DNA from: the human T2T-CHM13v2.0 reference genome, Homo sapiens
Assembly: GCF_009914755.1 (NCBI RefSeq)
Contig: NC_060936.1
Length of the DNA: 64,000 nt
Strand: one strand, 5' to 3'
Both the position numbers and the translations under genes were made by a program. This document shows positions 24,499 to 39,260 of this stretch, piece after piece (position 1 is the stretch's first letter; each line of letters opens with the position of its first letter). The notes under the pieces were generated by a model that saw nothing but the letters and a program-made list of their open reading frames with translations, did not search any database and was not told the DNA's origin.

Positions 24499-27157
24499 AC
24501 CTTCCCAACTACAACGAACTTCATAAAGGAAGGCCTCAATACCTACCAAATGCTGCTTGTTGGGGATGATGGAAATGATTAACAATTGCACATGCCATCA
24601 GCAGTCATTTAACCTTAAAATTTAACCTTAAAAAGAAAAAGGAGAAGCACTAAGCAGAAAAAGTAGGAGGAAAGGGTCTGAAAGTTCTGAGTCTGTCAAG
24701 AAAATGACTTCAGGAATAAGAATAATAAGGAAAGTCATTATCAGCACACTTTACTTTCACAACATCATCAGGGTTATCTCAAACTGTACTTGTCAAAAAC
24801 GATCTAATACCACAGTTTAAATACACTTTTCTAAATAGAAACTAAATGACCAGAACGAGCAACGTATTTGATCTTTGTTTAGCTTCTCTCTTACCTATTC
24901 TGGTTGGCTATACTTATGATACAATGTCATTGGCACACACTTGGATTACTCTACATGGGCCGAGACCTCCACTATCCTTTGTCCTACAATTATGTAGAGG
25001 TATAGATTACATGTCTCAGGCAGTGAAACATAATCCCTAGATGAGACCAGGACAGAGCCATCCACAAAAAGACAATGGCATATTCTACTTGAGGGAGAGC
25101 TGGGATAATCTGAAATGTCTTCCCCTTTACCTTTAGTTGAAAACTACATTTTTCCTTTCAAATATGTTGAAACCACGTTCTGGAGTGAGCAGCCTGAGGT
25201 TATAGATGATGAGGGCTTTAGACCTGAACCTAGATATTATAACTCCCGAGCTTGTTCTCCATCCAGCCTACTTTCTGTGAATTTCAGTCTTATAATACAT
25301 TTGTGTAACCAGCATCCACAATATTCACATTTCCTAAATGGCAACAAAAGTGACTAGCAAGGATTGTTGTGGAGGCCTAAAACAATGTTGAGAACATTGG
25401 TATTTAATGTGTTGTTCATTTATGCAAGAGACTTTAAAGGTAACTTCATACCATGCTTCTCAACATTTTTCACAAAATTTTTATAATCTTTCACTTTGCC
25501 CCACCCAATTTCTCTGACTTCTGGAGTAGTCAAGACAGGTTTTGGTTAGATCTACTTGAGTCCGCAAGGCAAGTTTCAAAATGGGGGAGGTGCTTTAATT
25601 GGCTGGTTCAAACCAGTTCTTTTGGCAACCTCAGTCAGCATATGGCCCCAGGTTCCCTTGTCTCTCCCAAAACTCAGCAGTTATCATGTTCACAGAGCAG
25701 AAATTACATGATTAGATGGTCTTTCTATTGGTGCAAGGATAAAGAATAATATCACCAAAACCACTAAACAATAGCAGAATTATTTTTTAGAGCCCATGGA
25801 ACATTCACTAAGACAGACCATATCCTGGACCGTAAACCAAATAAAACTCAACAAATTAAAATAATCAAAATGATACAGTGTGTGTTCCCTGATTATGATG
25901 AAATAAAATTAGAAATTAATACCAGAATAACAGAAAAACCAACAAGCATTTGAAATTAAACACCGTACTTCTTAATGGGTCAATGAAGACGTTTCAAGAT
26001 AAATTTTAAAATACATTAAACTGTATGAAAATATGAATACAACATTTGAAATCTGTGGGCACAATTAATGCCATGCTGAGAAGGAAATTTATAGCATAAG
26101 TGTTTATATTAGAATAGGAAAAAAGTCAAAAATAAATAATCTGAGCTCCAATCTTAAGAATCAGAAAAAGGACAAAATAAACCTAAAACAAGCAGGAAAA
26201 AAGAAATAATAAAGAGCAGATGTCAATAAAGTGCAAAACAGAAAACCAGAGAAAAATCAATAAAACAAAAAGCTGGTTCTTTGAAAATTTTGATGAAATT
26301 GAAAACCTCTTGTGAGACTGACAAAGAAAAAAATGATGCAAATTACAAATATCAGTAGTGAAACAGAGATTTTACTACCATCCCCAAAGACTTAAAAATA
26401 AAATCTAAAAAATCATTATAACTCTTCATACACAAATGTGGTAATAATTTAGAGACAATGAATTCCTTAAAAAGCATAAACTACCAAAACTCACCCAATA
26501 TAAAATAGATAATTTGAATAGACCTATAATTGTTAAATTTGTAGTTTAAAAATTCTCAAAAAAAATACTCTATGCTCAGATGCTACCAAACATTTAAAGA
26601 AAATTTAACATCAATTATACATAATCTCTTCCAAAAAACAGAAGAGGAAGGAACACTTTCCATCTCATTTTATAAGGCTAATGCTAACTGTGATACCAAA
26701 ACCAGACAAAGACAGTACAGAAAAAAGAAAAACTACACACCAATATCCCTCATGCACAGAGGAGTACAAAACTTCAATAAAATATTAGCAAGTTAAATCC
26801 AATAATATATTTAACATTATACAACATGACTAAGTGCATTTATTCAGGGAATGCTAGGCTGGTTCAATATTTAAAAATCAATATAACCCACCATATTAAC
26901 AAGCTAAAGAGGAAAAATCATACGATCATATCAACTGAGGCAGGAAAAGCATTTGCCAAAATCCAATACTCATCCATGATAAAAACTCTCAGCAAACTAG
27001 AAAATAGAGAGGATCTTCCTGAACCTGATAAAGAAGATCTACAAAAATACCTACAGCTAACGTGATACTTAATGGTGAAAGGCTGAATGCTTTCTCCCTA
27101 ATATTGGGAAAAAGGCAAGAATATCCACTCTACTATTCTCAGTTAATATAACACTGA

Positions 27158-27542
<385 letters not shown>

Positions 27543-28445
27543 TTAGAATGGAAAAAATAAAACTGTGCCTACTTGCAGATAACATAATCTACCAAAACAT
27601 TTCCTAAAACTGTAAGTTCAGTGAATTTGTAGCATAAAAGGTCAACATATACAAATCCATTCTATTTCTATACACTAGTTATGAACAGTGAAAGCTTATA
27701 GTACCACTTGCAATCACTGAAAATGAAATACTTGGGTATAAGCCTAATTAAATATGTACAGAACTTATATGCTGAAAAGTAAAATGCAGATGAAAGAAAT
27801 CAAAGATTTGAATAAATAGAGAGATGTACGTGTTCATGGATTGGAAGACTCAACATCAATTCTCTCCAGACTAATCAAGGGCTTAACACATTCTGTATCA
27901 AAATCCAAGCAAGGTTTTTTTTTTAGAAACAGATTAGCTTATTCTAGAATGTACACAGGAAGGCAAAAGAACTAGAATAGCTAAAACAATTGTGAAAAAG
28001 AATAAAGTGGGAAGAATCACTGTACCTGATACTAAGATTTATGTAATTATGGCAATGTGTTATTGGCAGAGAGATAACAAACAAGACCAGTGGAACAGAT
28101 TAGAGACCCTAGAAAAAGACCCACACAAGCAGAGCCAAGTGGACTTTGGCAATGGTATAGAAAAGCTATTCAACTAAGACAGTCTTTTCAACAAATGGTG
28201 CTGGGACAACTAGACAGACATAGGTGAAAACAACTTAAACTTCCTATCTTAGACACAAAGATGGAGAAAAACATGGAAGAATATCTTTAAGACCAAGGCT
28301 AGGTAAAGAGTTCTTAGACATAAATAACACCAAAAGCACAATCAATAAAGGAAAAAACAAAAACAAAAAACAAAAACAATAAACTGGAGTTCACCAAAAT
28401 TAAAAAGTTTTGTTCTGCACAAGACACTGTTAAAAGGGTAAAGAC

Positions 28446-28747
28446 GGCCAGGCATGGTTCTCACACCTGTAATCCCCAGCACTTTGGGTGGCCAAGGTGG
28501 GTGGATCACAAGTTCAAGAGAGAGAGACAATCCGGGCCAATATGGTGAAACCCAGGCTCTACTAAAAATACAAAAATTAGCCAGGTGTGGTGGCATGTGC
28601 CTGTAATCCCAGCTATGGGAGGCTGAGGCAGAAGAATCGCTTGAACCTGGGAGGCGGCAGCTGCAGTGAGCCAAGATTGCACCACTGTACTCCAGCCTGG
28701 CAACAAAGTGAGACTCTGTCTCAGAAAGAAAGAAAAAAAAAAAAAAA
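28446..28747 (+). mobile_element. AluS
   Basis: Full-length dimer with A tail. Confidence 0.9.
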
Positions 28748-29099
28748 GTCAAGACAAGCTACAAACTGGGAGAAAAATGTTTACAAACCACATCCTTGAC
28801 AAAGAACTCATATCTAGATTATACAAAGAACTCCCAAAATTCAAACAGTAACAAAAACCAAACAGCCCAATCAGAAAATTGATGAAAGACATGAAAAGAC
28901 ATTTCACCAATGATACAGAGATGGTAAATAAGCACATGAAAATATATAGCTATTAGGGAAATGCAAATTAAAGCCACAATAAATATCACCTCACCTATAA
29001 AAGTTAAACAAATAACGGTAATAATACCAAATGCTGATGAAGATGTTAAGAAATCAGGTCTTATACGCTGCTGCCATGAACGTAAAGTGACATAGCCTC

Positions 29100-29490
29100 T
29101 GTAGTAGTTTGCTAGGGCTGCCGTAAGAAAATACCACAGATTAGTGGCTTACACGACAGAAATTCCTTTTCTCAGGTCTGGAGGTTGGAAGTCCAAGATC
29201 AAGGTGCTGGCAGGTTTGGTTCACTGAGGCCTCTCCGTGGCTTGCAGATGGCCTTCCTTCCTCTTGCAACTTCTTCAAATGGCCACCCCCCTGTGCACGC
29301 ATGTCTCTGGTGTTGCTCCTCACAAGAACACCAGTCATATTGGATTAGACCTCACCCTAAAATGGACTTATTTTAAACTCATCTATCACCCCTTAAAACA
29401 ACTTATCTCCCAATATGGTTACATTCTGAGGTACTGGAGGTTAGGACTTCAACATTTGAGTTTTAGGGGGACACAATTTGGCCCTTAACA
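29100..29490 (-). mobile_element. MLT1 (MLT1A/B-like) LTR
   Basis: tgtagtagtttgctagggctgccgtaagaaaataccacaga...ggggacacaatttggcccttaaca. Confidence 0.8.
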
Positions 29491-29529
29491 GCCATTCTGG
29501 AAAACATCTTAGGAACTTTTTAAAATAAC

Positions 29530-29530
<1 letters not shown>

Positions 29531-29582
<52 letters not shown>
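29531..29582. repeat. (AC)26 microsatellite
   Basis: Read directly. Confidence 0.95.
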
Positions 29583-29584
<2 letters not shown>

Positions 29585-31127
29585 CTTCCCACAATTTTTA
29601 TTACTCGGGAAATTCTGTTCTCAACTGATAAGAGGGAGTTTTCACCAGTGGTGCCAAGTCCATGTGACAGGCACAGGCGTTGCCTGGAACCCCTTATGTG
29701 CAAGCCTTCATGAATTTGACAATGAGATCAATGCATAAAAGAACAATACTATGGCAATAACAAAGTGGTGATTTCTAGTCTCTTTTATCAGATGCCTCTA
29801 TTCTATACCCCTTTTACTAGAATACTGTCCAAACTAGAGGCATAGGGAGGGATCTGCAAACTAAGCTCCCCGTGTTATTTGACCAGTGTGGATCATTCAT
29901 TAGAGCTTACCATCCCCATTCTGAAAGCCTGGGTGATTCTGGAGCTAGCTCATCAGTTAAAATGAAATGCTTTCACAAAGCATTTTGGGAAAATCACAAA
30001 GCTGATGAATTCTTATTTCTGCTACTGCACAAGATCACATTTCCAGAGATTTATATCAGCACCTGTATCCTTTCTAGACTTTTTCTTATTAAACAAAATG
30101 CTTATGCCATAATATACAAAATCAATCTTGAGATTCTTTTCCATTTTTTAACTGAAACTAGCTTCAATCTAATTTAGCTCTAAATTTTTTCTTTAAAATC
30201 TCAAAACATGTCTTTATAAACACATTTATCCACTCCACTAAGAGCAAAAAGCTTTCAAAACTTGCATCTTTGCAATAAACACAAGAGCCCTTATAACAGT
30301 TACAGCTGACTTACTTGTGATCTGAAAGCACCCATCACTCTTGACACATAGTAGGAGGCAAATACTGATTTGCATAGTGCTATTTTCTGATAGGTGCAGT
30401 GCCATCAAATATGAACAACCACAGAGTTAAGTTGTGATTGCCGTATGACAGATAGCCTTCTAGTTAATTTCTGGCTGTGGTCTCACCCCGGTAGCCTGTA
30501 TTTCTTGATAAAGCAATCCAAGGTCCCTCACCAGTAAAATAACATACTTTTGGCCCATCCTCACATCACATCCAATTTGTGTTATTTCTGTACCTACAAC
30601 CAGTGTGTTTTCCCCAACTCTGCATTCATCATTCCATTTTATTTTATTTTTTCCCAGAAATAGAATAGCTACCATCCTGAAACAGATGACAGTATTTAGA
30701 AGTAAGGATGTTGGGATTATATCAAGCAAAATGTTTGCAATGGCAATTAAGATACCCTCAATATCCCATGATAGAAGGCTAGTACAATTATGGATAGCTA
30801 TGTAATGGAATGTTATATAGTCAGTACAAATGATGAGAGGACTCTATAGGAAAAATATTAGGTGAAAAAGAAAATCAGTGCCAAAAAGTATACGTACATT
30901 TTAAAAACATTTTAAAAAGTATGTTTGAAATATTCTATACTAGAATAGCTTTAAAGTGAGCAGGAAGAGAGAAGGGGAAGTTAGGAAAAAGAAGACTGGC
31001 TAAATAGTATAGTTGAACTATCCATAGAATTTTAAACATGGATATGTCTAATGATTGTTTTTAAGTTGTTAACATAAGCACAATTTAAGCTCATTTCCTC
31101 TTCTCAAATTTGCATTAGTCGGCCAAT

Positions 31128-31162
31128 CACACACACACATACACACACACACACACACACAC
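31128..31162. repeat. Interrupted (CA)n microsatellite
   Basis: Read directly. Confidence 0.9.
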
Positions 31163-32191
31163 AGAGACTCACACACATGAAATATGTGAAATGGGTCTAT
31201 TTTTAAGATATGCTAACTGGTTGCCTGGAGGAAACTGGAACCAAGATGGGAGCCTTTTTTAATAGAATAAAATAGTTGATTTTTTTTTTGCCTTGGCCTA
31301 TTACCAATTTTTACCAACCCTTTTAACTTGCAAGATAATACAAGGTTCTTGAACAGTTCACATTCACCTGCTTGCCATTTATTAGGCCAAGAATGCTCCC
31401 TCCACCTGCAATGCTCTTCCCTGCAGATACTCAAATGTTTAATGCCCCTTCACCTTAGGACTCCATTTAAATAGGAGACCCTCCCCACTATTTAAAATCA
31501 ACATATCCCCTATGATTATGCCAGTCCCTGTCCTCCTACCATGTTTTATGTTTCTTAACAGCACTTATTGCCATCTAAATTAAATTCCATACTTGTTTAT
31601 TTTCTGTATGTACCTGGTCATTGAAACAATGGTATTTTGTTGGTTTGTTCCATCCTAGCCACTAGAATAATGTTTAGCACAAACCTACACTGGATATGTA
31701 CTGCTGCAGCAGTTCTGAAAAGTAACTATACGGCACTGACAGCTGCGATAGTTTTTCTCAACTTAGGGGCACCATGGCTGGGAGGGGGAGAAATGTAGTT
31801 GTAAAGAGCTCCCTTGTATACCTACAACACAGCAGTTACTGGTAAAAACCTCAGGCTGGAAGTTGAAGGATGTTAGAACTATTAACTCCTTCGTTAATCT
31901 AAAGGTCATCACGTCACCTCACTGAATGAAGATTACTCAAAAAGAGACAGTACCAAATAATTCATGCCTACTACTGAACTCAGACATGAACTTGTCAATT
32001 TCCAGCTGTACATTTCAACAGGAATCCAATTTTTTATCATCTCAAGCTTATATGCCTAAATTTGTGAAACAGCATTAACTTAACTTTACATTTGGCTTTG
32101 AATTTACTATTAATCAAGTCAAGTAAATCAAGTGGTGGAGAAGACAAACACACGCTAAGGTCGGCAAAAATACACTCCCATTAAACATTCT

Positions 32192-32758
32192 GTCCTCTGA
32201 AGGGTAAAAATTTTATTTTTGAGGAATTTCTTACTGCACATTTTCAAAGAGAGTCACATAAGAAAGCAAAAATGTTATCCTCCCCTCATCCTAGAAATAA
32301 ATAAGAAGGACATAAATTTTTTTTTTTTTTAAATCATGACACTTGGAGGTTTAGCACCAGCATCCAAAATGAACAAAAACGGAAAAAAAAGCATTTACTA
32401 TATATTTCAGATTTCTTTGGTTGGGGTTCTCCCCATGTGGTATTAATATTTCTTGTTTCAATATATATATTACCAAAACAGTAAAAACCAGGAAAAAAAA
32501 TAGAAACCTAGCGGTTGCTGAAACTGGAGAGGCTACTCTCTTGTCTTCCGTGCAGGAATTCCCAGGTTCTCAGCTTGCTGGAAAAATTTGTTGACATTTT
32601 CTTTTTGTAGCTGTTTCTTAAAGAATAACAGTAAACATTCCAATGTCCAAATCTTGGTTAGTCTTCCACTTTATTGCTTGGATGTTTCTTTGGTGTTGGT
32701 TAAGGTTGTGGCCTGCTTTTTGCTTTATTTCTGAATGGTCATTAATTCTTTAGGTCAC
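32192..32758 (-). other. YBX3: YBX3 exon 10 (entirely 3' UTR); 3' end approximate
   Basis: Acceptor TTTTTCCCAG|GTGACC at 32759/32758; AATAAA at 32217-32212 followed by GU/U-rich downstream sequence. Confidence 0.85.
32212..32217 (-). terminator. YBX3: YBX3 distal polyadenylation signal AATAAA
   Basis: TTTATT on the + strand; downstream on the - strand GTGTATTTTTG and GCGTGTGTTTGTCTT (CstF-type elements). Confidence 0.8.
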
Positions 32759-34391
32759 CTGGGAAAAATTAAAATCAAACTTATAAAGAGTGACAAAGTA
32801 ACCATGAGTTAAAGAATAAAAAGGCAGAAATTATATGCTTTTCATATAATTAGAAAAAGAGTACTTCAAATGCTCTAAATACAATCACATCTTGTATAGA
32901 TCTGTAAGCTATATGTTAATTAAATGGAAACTCTCACTTTTTAATAAAGTATTTTTATAAACCAGAAAAGTCAGTACATAAGAGCAAAAATTTTATAAAA
33001 TTGTATAAAAGAAAATTACCATTACTAATGAACAATACTCAAAATCATTTTAGTGGCTGCACCCTATCTCCTAATATGAATATATCACAATTAGCTATTT
33101 ACCAAATGTCAGACAGACTGTAAATTGTAAAAATATTTTTTCCCAATATTTAAAATTATTTCCTTAGAAACAATACCTAGAAATAATGTTACGCCATAAA
33201 AGGGTATGGCCATTTTTATATTATTAATATGTTACTCTGAATCAGCTAATTCCAAGTTTGAATAGGGAACTTATTTCTGTGACAAACTGTCCATGCTACC
33301 CAAGATAAAACAGAATATTGTCCTCAAAGTGAATGCTTACCTAATTAATGGCTGATTAAAATCCCACATCACTGGATATAAAAGCAGATGGCCTTAAGAC
33401 ACAAGAACTTATAATAATCCCAAAACTTCATTGATGAAATTTTAACAATTTTTGAAAAATAGCATTGACACTGAGTTTACAACCTCTCTCTTAACTAAAA
33501 GCTAATGGAAAGGGTGATAACCAAGAAGTATAAGAACTAAAGTCTCAGTTAAAAGGGTTATAGGTTAAAAAAAAACAAACCCAGAATTTATAATTGAGTT
33601 GATCTTTCTGGCTATAATTCTATGTAAATAAAATGTCCAAGACCTTTAAAAGACAGAAAAAAGTAGAAAATGACAAGAAAATAACAAGCTATCCTTTTAC
33701 GAGAGGTTATTCTTTACCATACCCTATTGTAAACACTCCCTGTTATTTCACTTAATAATCCTTGCAACGACCCTAGTAAATATAATTAGTATCCTAATTT
33801 TTACCAGTAGCAGATAGTACTGAGACAGAGGATAAACTGCTCAAGATCACCCAGCAAATGAGAGGTACAGTAGAGCCTGCAATGGGTAGATAAACCTTGG
33901 CTCTTATACACTATGCTGCACCGCCTCAAAATAAATAAAGTTGATTATCAAAGAAAAAGGGAAGGAAAAAAAATCCTTTAGTTTATTCTACTGTTTCTGA
34001 TTACTAAACAGGTTCTGAAACTGTTTCTGATTACTAAAACCAGGCCTTTGTTAGGGACTTTTAGCATCAGTTTTCCTAAGTGGTACTAGTAGTTAAAAAA
34101 CTGCCTGTCTAGAAAAAAGAAGTTGAGTATCATCAACTCTGTCTGAATGCTTATACCCTCACCAAAGCTTATCAAAATGAGGTCAATCCCAGAAATATTT
34201 AACCACCAAATCACTTTTTCCACAGAGTCCCAATAGAGACAAGGGGTTGGCACAGATGAACTGCAGAACTAGTTTAGACTAATTTGTACTCTTGTTGAGA
34301 AACCAGTGATACTAAAAAGAAAATACCAACTCAAGACTGGGCTGCCCCAGCTCTTACCTGCCGATGGTGAAGGTGCCTGAGGAGCCTGGTG

Positions 34392-34457
34392 TTACTCAGC
34401 ACTGCTCTGCTGGGTGGGTGGAGCAGGGTTCTCAGTTGGTGCTTCACCTGCCTTGGC
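34392..34457 (-). CDS. YBX3: YBX3 exon 9 coding part (66 nt), AKAGEAPTENPAPPTQQSSAE-stop; the exon continues as UTR to 34358
   Basis: TTTTAG|GCCAAG; TAA at 34394-34392; donor GGCAG|GTAAGA at 34358/34357; summed CDS = 1119 nt = 372 aa + stop. Confidence 0.97.
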   Translation of the reverse strand, partial: AKAGEAPTENPAPPTQQSSAE

Positions 34458-34598
34458 CTAAAATGCAAAACAAAGCCATAAATCAGATAAAGTCAGATGA
34501 CAGTGGAAAGTTCAAGACTGAAAGTTCTTAAAAGTTTGAATTTTCCTGTGAAGGAAAATTAGCATGCAAAAATTTAACTACTCTTAAGTATGAGTCAC

Positions 34599-34699
34599 AA
34601 ATTAGTACCATATTCAGTCCCTGGCATCTCTACCAAAACAAAACGAAACCAAAACCTCACAAAAACAAAAAACAAAACAAAACAAAATTAGTACCATAT
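34599..34699 (+). pseudogene. Retroposed tRNA-Ala 3' fragment (22 nt including CCA) with A-rich tail and 15-bp TSD
   Basis: TSD AAATTAGTACCATAT at 34599-34613 and 34685-34699; insert TCAGTCCCTGGCATCTCTACCA versus tRNA-Ala end TCGATCCCCGGCATCTCCACCA. Confidence 0.75.
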
Positions 34700-35063
34700 A
34701 AGAACAGCTTACAAAACGGCAACTAAATACCACTACTCTCCATAAAGTCTGATATACAACTGCTTTCAACTCATGCTTAGAGGCAGCTTCCTCTTGATAA
34801 ATGCCTCTCTTCTTTGAAGAACCCCAAATGTTTTAGCTCTGAATCCCCATTAATATGGGTCATTCTTTCAGAGAATGTTAACTGGATTCAAATATGTGGT
34901 CTGTGTTATGTACAAGGCATACCCTATATATATGGATCTTGAGCAAAATGTTTTTATATTTGTTAAGTGTCAGGTTTCATGTGATAAAACCACTTTTAGA
35001 ATGCTAAAGTCTGACATGATTAAAGACTATCTGGCAACATCCGCCCTGACTGGTTGGATTTAC

Positions 35064-35238
35064 CTCTTTGCCATCTTGTGAAGGAGCGTTAGGAGGACGC
35101 GGGCGACGCCGGTAATTGTAGGGACGCCGGTATCCACGGCGAACAGACGGCTGGTTTGGACCACTGGTGGCTTGCTGATTTTCTTTATCTTCAGCCTCTC
35201 CAACTGCTGGGGCAGGTCGTGGGCGAGGAGGTCCCCTG
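35064..35238 (-). CDS. YBX3: YBX3 exon 8 (175 nt), (S)RGPPRPRPAPAVGEAEDKENQ...QDGKE
   Basis: CTACAG|CAGGGG ... AAAGAG|GTAAAT. Confidence 0.97.
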
Positions 35239-35342
35239 CTGTAGGGAACACAGAAGAAAATAGAACAGGTGCCAACAGGACAGGGCTTCTCCAGAAAATA
35301 AGGTTTTATTTATTTTTAAAAATTAAAAAGTCAAGTGATCAG

Positions 35343-35639
35343 GGCCAGGCATGATGGCTCACCCCTGTAATCCCAGCACTTCAGGAGGCTGAGGCAGGCG
35401 GATCACTTGAGGTCAGGAGTTTGAGACCAGCCTGGCCAACATGGTGAAACTCCATCTCTACTAAAAATACAAAAATTAGCCGGGCGTGGTGGCACATGCC
35501 TGTAATCCCAGCTACCTGGGAGGCTGAGGCATAAGAATTGCTTGAATCCATGAGGCAGAGGTTGCAGCAACCCGAGATTGGCACACTCCAGCCTGGGTGA
35601 CAGAGGGAGACTCCATCTCAAAATTAAAAAAAAAAAAAA
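35343..35639 (+). mobile_element. AluS in YBX3 intron 7
   Basis: TSD AAAAAGTCAAGTGAT(C/G)AG. Confidence 0.93.
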
Positions 35640-37154
35640 GTCAAGTGATGAGTACTTATTGCTAGAATTATTCGCAGGTCAATGCAACAAATGGAATAGA
35701 GGTTTCACGAAAAAAAAATCTTAATTTTCCATCATTTTCCCCTTTCATTTGAATACATATTTGTAAGGAACATACATATACTGAACACATACTCTGTTCC
35801 TATCAGGCCCTTTGATAAGCACTAAGAATAGGAAAATTAAAAAAGAAAAGAAGAGTAGTCTGGTATCTGCCTTCCATGAACAGAATTTAGCAGAGACTAA
35901 GGGAATTAAACATGAGAAGAAACATTATTATGTGCCAGAGCCTGTGCTAGTCGGTTTTAAAATTAAATATTTAATTTGAATGGTAATTCTGTGGATGAGA
36001 TTTATAACAAGAAAACCAAGAGGTTTACATGATAAAGTATACGGCTGAGCTATATAAAAGTGCTGCTTTTATAGGTTAAAAAAGGTCAAATATGACTTTC
36101 CAAGATCACATATCCAGGGACTGACAAAGCTGAGCCTCACACGCTACTGAATCCTTTTTGTTCCAGTAAGACATTTCTATGCCGTCTCTTTTATTTTCAA
36201 AGTCCCTAGTACTTAATCATTAGTGATTATGCCTAAAGCTGGAGGGAACCTTGTGAAGAAAAAGGATACGATCCTTTTACAATTATATTGGTGGAATCCT
36301 TTCCCAATATAATATACTTTTTATCCTTCAATAAAGCCATACTGACAAATTTCAAGGTAGCATAAACATCATTCAGGAAGAAGTTGTAGCTTTTCCACTT
36401 ACCACAAAGGGTAAGATAAAAGAATGGGCAGGCTTATATTATAAAATGCTTCAAAGGGATCTTATGGAAGGAGTCTAGCCTAATTCAGTCTTCCAAAGGA
36501 ATAAAGCACAAATAGAATAACCCAGCGTTCACTAATATTAACCTCAATGGTGGTAATAATATCTAATACATAGTGAGGCCTTTACTTTATCAGGTACCAC
36601 ACTAATTATCTTAGCTGCATTAGTACCTTTAATCCCCAACTATAGAATATCTCTTTGTTTTCAGACAGGGTCTCACTCTGTTGCGCAGGCTGGAATGCAG
36701 TCCAAGAACATACATCTAATGAACTGTAGAGTAGGAAGATAAATTCAGGCGATTTGATCATACCCTGATTTAACCCCTCTACTGGACTGCCTCAGTGATT
36801 AACAGTCACTATCCCAAATATCCTCTGACACTCAATTCTTCCTCCATCTGCAGCATTACCACAGAATTGCCCACCAATAATTTATCTGATTTATTTTGAT
36901 AAAAATTAAGTATTAATTTACATCTTATTATAATTCCAGAATACAAAATGACGCTTTGGCGCAGAGATAACTAAAAATTCTAGTATTAAGTAGGTGGGAA
37001 ATGTCACACCACCACCTGAAAACTCTGGCATGTAGTCAAAGCATTCACATCTTCTAGATATATAATAAATCCACAAAACGGAACCACACAGTCCTCATTC
37101 TACCATTGTGCACACAAGTCCTTTAACTGGCCATTAGTGGAAAATGCGACATAC

Positions 37155-37252
37155 CTACGGTACCTTGGGCGGTAAGTTGGATTTCGATGAACCGGTCCCT
37201 GAAGTTGTGCTCCCTCTGGGACTCCATCCTTCATCTCTCCAATCTCACCAGC
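37155..37252 (-). CDS. YBX3: YBX3 exon 7 (98 nt), AGEIGEMKDGVPEGAQLQGPVHRNPTYRPRYR
   Basis: CTCCAG|GCTGGT ... CCGTAG|GTATGT. Confidence 0.97.
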
Positions 37253-38029
37253 CTGGAGAGGCAATGAGAGCTGACAGTGAGTGTCACAGCACAGGGGATA
37301 AGATACAGTGCATACAGCTATGTTCAGAATTTTTTTTAGAAGTAAAAAACAAATGCTTCATTACAAAATTAGGCACTCTCAGTTGCAACACAAACTATTT
37401 ATGAGTAAATCTTCGTGAACGACTGAAAAGGAAGACAAACCTAGTCTGACTAGAATACTCATTTGCTTAGTCCCAGAGCACCTAACTTTATTTTCGCCTA
37501 TCAATTTAACATTTTGAAATCGGATACATTTCATTCATCTCTTTAAATAAAATACTCTTTTATTTTTCTTTACAACAAACTTACTTTAAGCCAGTGGAAT
37601 AAAATTAACTTATTGTACAACTTCCAGGGGAAAGAAAGAACAACTTAAAAAAACAAAAAAACCCACCAACAATGTCTGCAATTCTTGACCATACAGCCAT
37701 AACTCAACTTTCTTTTCTTTTCTCAAAACATCCCTTCCTCCCCCTAAGAGCCAAATACTGTCCTTCATTATTTCATCAAGAAAGAGAAACAGTCAGAAGA
37801 CAATTTCCACGTTCTCATTAGCAAATCTACCCAGCTCCCTGTATTTACATTAGAATTTTCTTCTCTCCCATTACCCTGGGTAAGTGGTCCAAGTTCATAT
37901 CTGAAACCAACAGCCTCTCTATTCTCATCAACTAGACACAGCATGTTAACGCTATCCCTTCACTATGTTTTCACCTTTTCTATCATTTCCATCCAAGCAT
38001 ATATACCCAGTGAAATAGCACCCATCCTT

Positions 38030-39260
<1,231 letters not shown>

